DNA from: Clostridia bacterium
Lineage (GTDB): Bacteria > Bacillota > Clostridia > TANB77 > CAG-465
NCBI GenBank assembly: GCA_045604405.1
Contig: JAZUNZ010000047.1
Coordinates: 14,663 to 78,662, forward strand
Direction of reading: 5' to 3'
Length of the DNA: 64,000 nucleotides
Positions 59,765 to 64,000 of this stretch are shown here, piece after piece; position 1 is the first letter of the stretch; the number at the start of each line of letters is the position of its first letter. Under the pieces are notes generated by a model. It was not told the origin of the DNA, made no database searches, and worked only from the letters and a program-made list of their open reading frames with translations. The translations under genes were made by a program, and so were the position numbers.

Positions 59765-61405
59765 ATGGATATAAAAAAAGAAATAGTAGAAAAAATACCG
59801 TTTGATCCAGGAATATATATTATGAAGGATGAAACGAATAATATAATATATGTGGGAAAGGCCAAGTCTTTAAGAAAAAGAGTTAGGCAATATTTTAACA
59901 AGACAAATAAGACTGTACGTATTCAAAGTATGGTGTCTAAAGTTAGAAATATAGAATACATTGTAACATCAAATGAGCTAGAAGCATTAGTTTTAGAGTG
60001 TAATTACATAAAAGAGTTTATGCCTAAATATAACGTAATGTTAAAGGACGATAAAACATATCCATATATTAAAATAACAGTTAAAGAAAAATATCCATCC
60101 ATATATATTACAAGAAATAAAATAGAAGATGGCTCTAAATATTTGGGACCATATACTGATGTTAATGCATTAAGAGAAATATTTACAACACTTAAAGAAA
60201 TTTTCCCACTTAAGAGATGCAAATATAACTTTAATAAGAAAACAAATAAAAATGTTGGACCTTGTCTTTATTATCATATAGGTAGGTGTTTAGGGCCTTG
60301 TATAAATGATATAGCCTTGGAAGATTATAGGTCCATGATAAACCAAGTAGTATTATTCCTAGAAGGAAAAACAGACGTAGTAAAGGATTATATTAAAGAG
60401 AATATAAATAGATGCATAGAAAAGTTGGAATTTGAAAAAGCTAAAGTTTTAAGTGAGAGACTAGACAAAATAACAAAGGTAACTGAAAAACAAAAAGTAT
60501 CTAATTTAAATGAATCAAGCACAGATATTTGGGGATATTTTCTAGTCAAAAACAAACTTTATATCCAAATATTTAAGATAAGAAATAGCAAACTTCTTAA
60601 GCATGATAATCTATACATAGAAGAAATAGAAAGAGAAAAACTAGATAATGTACTACTAGATATTGTGTCACAATATTATACAAAAAATAAAATAGACATG
60701 CCTGCTAAAGTATATTTAAAGCTTAAGAATGAGGATAAATTTAAGGAAGAAGTTACAGTTATAAATCATTACTTAACAGATTTAAAAACTACAAAAGTAG
60801 AACTTATTGTTCCTAAAAAGGGAGATAAGTTAAAGCTTATCTTAATGATAGAAAACAACATAAAGATAAACTTAAAAGATAAGGATAAAAATCCTTTAGA
60901 TGAGCTTAAACAACTGTTAAATATAGACTATGACTTAAATTACTTAGAATGTTATGATATATCTAATTTAAAAGATAGCTTTATAGTGGGAGCGGGCATT
61001 GCATACGAAGATGGGGATTTCAACAAAAGCAAATACAGAAAGTATAAGATTAGATCAACTGAAACTCAGAACGATTTGCAATCTATGGCTGAGGTAATAT
61101 CTAGAAGGCTTAATCATATAGACAAACTACCACTTCCAGACATGTTTTTAATAGATGGTGGAATAAACCAAGTAAAAGCAGTAAAAAGTGTATTAGAAAA
61201 TGCTAAAATTTATGTTCCAGTAGTTGGTATGATAAAAGACGACAAACATAGAACAAGAGGAATTATAGACCTAAATGAAAAAGAAATAGATTTAAGAGAT
61301 GACAAAGAATATAAAGCATTATTTGCATTAATTACAAAGCTTCAAGATGAGGTCCATAGATTTGTAATAACATATCACAGAAGTTTAAGAGATAGGGTAA
61401 AATAG
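59765..61405 (+). CDS. uvrC: UvrC homologue (GIY-YIG nuclease plus UvrC core). It appears to lack the C-terminal (HhH)2 domain.
   Basis: GIYIMKD..IIYVGKAKSLRKRVRQYF GIY-YIG motif, a central UvrC region (YKIRSTETQNDLQSMAEVISRRL), and an early end after an RNase-H-like region. Confidence 0.7.
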   Translation: MDIKKEIVEKIPFDPGIYIMKDETNNIIYVGKAKSLRKRVRQYFNKTNKTVRIQSMVSKVRNIEYIVTSNELEALVLECNYIKEFMPKYNVMLKDDKTYPYIKITVKEKYPSIYITRNKIEDGSKYLGPYTDVNALREIFTTLKEIFPLKRCKYNFNKKTNKNVGPCLYYHIGRCLGPCINDIALEDYRSMINQVVLFLEGKTDVVKDYIKENINRCIEKLEFEKAKVLSERLDKITKVTEKQKVSNLNESSTDIWGYFLVKNKLYIQIFKIRNSKLLKHDNLYIEEIEREKLDNVLLDIVSQYYTKNKIDMPAKVYLKLKNEDKFKEEVTVINHYLTDLKTTKVELIVPKKGDKLKLILMIENNIKINLKDKDKNPLDELKQLLNIDYDLNYLECYDISNLKDSFIVGAGIAYEDGDFNKSKYRKYKIRSTETQNDLQSMAEVISRRLNHIDKLPLPDMFLIDGGINQVKAVKSVLENAKIYVPVVGMIKDDKHRTRGIIDLNEKEIDLRDDKEYKALFALITKLQDEVHRFVITYHRSLRDRVK

Positions 61406-61486
61406 ATAGAAAAAGAATAAGTAAAAGAATGCCAAACTTTGAAGTACATTTCATAGTTTGACATTCTTTTTATTATTATACATTAA

Positions 61487-62041
61487 TTAGATGTTATTAT
61501 TTTTATCTTCTAAAGCAACCATATTTTTAGAATATATTTTATAGCTGCATGATAGAAGAACTGTTTTTAATAAATATTGGTATTCGTTAGTAGAAGTTTT
61601 ATCAATAAAGTCCTTTTTATTATATGCGCAGTCTAAGGCTTCTTCAAAAAGATCACAGAATTTATTATATGAAACTTCTATTTCTGATTTCAAAGCCATA
61701 GTAAGTAATTTTTTTATATCCTCCATACTATACACTTGTTTTAAAACGCAGATTGCAAATAGTTTGGCAACCTGAGATTTAGTGTATTGTTTTTTTTCAG
61801 GTGCTTCTATAATCTCATGTTTTACATAGTTATTAATCATAGTTTTAGTCAAGAGGCCATTATCCTCTTTGTTACTAGTGCCAAGAAATATATATGGCTC
61901 AAGAGTTGTGTTTATATACACGACAACTTGCTCTAGAAATAAATTTATATTAGGTAGTTCGTTCCACCTTGGAACGTGAAAATTAGCAATGTCTATTGCT
62001 GCGTTTGGGTTTATATTTTTATTTACTTTTAAATCTTTCAT
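61487..62041 (-). CDS. DUF1836-like hypothetical protein.
   Basis: Conserved LTKTMINNYVK segment. 184 aa from the internal Met. Confidence 0.45.
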   Translation of the reverse strand: MKDLKVNKNINPNAAIDIANFHVPRWNELPNINLFLEQVVVYINTTLEPYIFLGTSNKEDNGLLTKTMINNYVKHEIIEAPEKKQYTKSQVAKLFAICVLKQVYSMEDIKKLLTMALKSEIEVSYNKFCDLFEEALDCAYNKKDFIDKTSTNEYQYLLKTVLLSCSYKIYSKNMVALEDKNNNI

Positions 62042-62154
62042 AGTATATTTACCTCTTACATATAATAACATTTTTATATTGTTAAGTCAAACACTTGATA
62101 TAATTTGCTAAATGTGATAATCTAGTATAGCAAACTAGATGCTAGGAGGTAATT

Positions 62155-63876
62155 ATGAAAGAGAAGTTAGCAGATTTTAAGGATATAAAGGAAATTATAT
62201 ATAACTCAGTAAAGAACTATGCTACAAATATTGCGTTTAGAATAAAAGAGAAGACTTTAAAAGAGGTAAACTACAAAGATATTACGTACGAAAAAATGTT
62301 GCAAGATGTAAATCAATTTGGAACAGGCTTGTACATCAGTGGACTAAAAGGAAAAAGAATTGCGATAATAGGAAAAAATAGATACGAATGGGTTTTAACT
62401 TATCTTGCTACCCTTTTGGGAGATATGGTGGCCGTACCACTAGACAAAGAACTTCAATATGAAGAATTAGAAAATTCATTGGTACGTAGTAAGGCAGAAT
62501 GTGTAGTATTTGATCCAAAGCTTAAGGACAGCATAAATGAAATAAAGAAGAATGGAAAGACATCGTTAAAACACTTCATTTGCATGGATAGTGGTGTAGA
62601 CGATTTTGAATCAGTAGAACAAATAATAAATGTAGGTAAGCAAGAAATAGATGGTGGAAATGGCGAATACATAAACGAAGAAGTAGATGAAAATAAAATG
62701 AGCGTACTTTTATTTACATCTGGGACTACATCAAAATCAAAAGCAGTAATGCTAAGTGAAAGAAATATAGCATCTAATATATATGCAATGATGCAGGTAG
62801 AAGACATTAGACCAACTGACACTAATATAGCATTTTTGCCATTTCACCATATATTTGGTTCAACATGCATATTAGTAATGTTATCTGTTGGTGTTAAAAA
62901 CGTATTTCCTGACGGATTAAAATATATTAAACAAAACTTAAAGGAATATGAGGTAACACTATTTGTAGGCGTGCCCGTACTAGTTGAAGCAATGCATAAG
63001 GCAGTTATGAAGGAAATAGAAAAACAAGGCAAAACAAAGCTTATAAAAGTGGCAACCAAGGTAAGTGACGCATTACTTAAATGTAAAATAGATATACGAA
63101 GAAAATTATTTAAACAAGTTATAGATGGCCTTGGTGGAAAACTTAGAATGATTATAGAAGGAGGAGCTGCGGCAGATCCAGCTATATCTAAAAGTTTCAA
63201 TAGTTTAGGAATACTTGTAGTTCAGGGATATGGCTTGACGGAAACTGCACCAGTTATAGCAGCCGAAAATCCAAAAGAGCTAAGACTTGGCTCAGTTGGT
63301 AAAGCAATGTGTAATGATGAGCTAGAGGTTGTAGAAAAAGACGCAAATGGAATAGGACAGATTAGAGTAAAAGGACCTAATGTGATGCTTGGATATTATG
63401 AAATGCCAGAAGAAACAGAAGCAGTATTAAAAGACGGATATTTCTATACAGGAGATTTGGGCTATATAGACAAAGATGGCTACCTATTTATAACAGGCAG
63501 AAGTAAAAATATGATAGTTCTTAAAAATGGTAAAAAAGTATTTCCAGAAGAATTAGAATTGTTAGTTAATAGATTAGACCTTGTAGAAGAATCAATGGTG
63601 TTTGGTCTTCCAGATGAAGAAGATAAAAAGGATGTAAAGCTATCAGTAAAAGTTGTATATAATCCAGACACAGTAAAAGAAAAATGTGGAGAAAAAACAG
63701 TAGAAGAAATATACAACATTATTTGGGATCAAATAAAGGAATTAAATAAGACGTTCCCTACATACAAACACATAAAGACTGTTTTACTTTCAACAGATGA
63801 ACTTATTAAAAATTCAAGCAAGAAAGTAAAAAGATTTGAAGAAATGAAAAATATATTAAAACAAAACAAAAAATAG
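62155..63876 (+). CDS. AMP-forming long-chain acyl-CoA synthetase.
   Basis: AMP-binding signature LFTSGTTSKSKAV, YGLTE, and GDLGYIDKDGYLFITGR. A terminator follows at 63900-63940. Confidence 0.88.
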   Translation: MKEKLADFKDIKEIIYNSVKNYATNIAFRIKEKTLKEVNYKDITYEKMLQDVNQFGTGLYISGLKGKRIAIIGKNRYEWVLTYLATLLGDMVAVPLDKELQYEELENSLVRSKAECVVFDPKLKDSINEIKKNGKTSLKHFICMDSGVDDFESVEQIINVGKQEIDGGNGEYINEEVDENKMSVLLFTSGTTSKSKAVMLSERNIASNIYAMMQVEDIRPTDTNIAFLPFHHIFGSTCILVMLSVGVKNVFPDGLKYIKQNLKEYEVTLFVGVPVLVEAMHKAVMKEIEKQGKTKLIKVATKVSDALLKCKIDIRRKLFKQVIDGLGGKLRMIIEGGAAADPAISKSFNSLGILVVQGYGLTETAPVIAAENPKELRLGSVGKAMCNDELEVVEKDANGIGQIRVKGPNVMLGYYEMPEETEAVLKDGYFYTGDLGYIDKDGYLFITGRSKNMIVLKNGKKVFPEELELLVNRLDLVEESMVFGLPDEEDKKDVKLSVKVVYNPDTVKEKCGEKTVEEIYNIIWDQIKELNKTFPTYKHIKTVLLSTDELIKNSSKKVKRFEEMKNILKQNKK

Positions 63877-64000
63877 TGAAAGTTGTTGCAAATATTAAAA
63901 ATACCGCTACAAGGTTTATCTTGTAACGGTATTTTTTATGAAATATAATCTTCCGGCTTTGCCGGTAGTAGAGTAGGCTTAAGCTTTGTAGTATAAAAAC

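Noticed and set aside
1-64000. CRISPR arrays, rRNA operons, and transposase or IS elements.
   Set aside because: No regularly spaced direct repeats, no rRNA signatures and no DDE/IS transposase ORFs were seen. The only recombinases are the two large serine recombinases.

Overview
This is a low-GC Firmicutes (Clostridium-like) chromosomal segment with a mostly conserved housekeeping backbone. On that backbone: sigA (5' partial), ychF, argS, cmk, plsC, hisS-like, rpmF, prfB, uvrA, rnpB, PBP1A, spoIIR, ttcA, rpoZ, priA-def-fmt, rlmN-stp-prkC, pfkA, lexA, rbgA, nth, spoVG, a uvrC homologue and an acyl-CoA ligase. Three things stand out against it. (1) About 6.3 kb (45955-52230) is a tandem, partly decayed array of small large-serine-recombinase elements, all inserted at one point (..ATCAACTGG..) in the 5' coding end of rbgA/ylqF. 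Each element ends with its recombinase gene followed by a substitute rbgA start (MDMYQKRE..STSINW), so every junction repeats the target N-terminus. Cargo is a UDG-superfamily gene, a rhuM gene, a SWIM zinc-finger gene, a C26 glutamine amidotransferase and a dinD fragment. One recombinase carries a nonsense mutation, and the final rbgA junction is out of frame by 1 nt. (2) A tRNA-Tyr(GUA) gene (3170-3480, minus strand) is split in its anticodon loop by a 225-nt group I intron whose P3-P7 motifs match the Azoarcus and cyanobacterial tRNA introns. Next to it lie a tRNA(CAT) and a PD-(D/E)xK nuclease gene broken by a stop codon, inside a GC-elevated islet. (3) A ToxN/AbiQ type III toxin gene (16292-16702) follows a short promoter-to-terminator RNA made of degenerate hairpin units rather than a clean tandem-repeat antitoxin. 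Smaller oddities are a roughly 650-nt structured leader before a small membrane-protein gene, several single-lesion pseudogenes, rsmB replaced between fmt and rlmN by a reverse-strand repeat protein, an orphan dpaB, and a HisRS paralog with no T-box.
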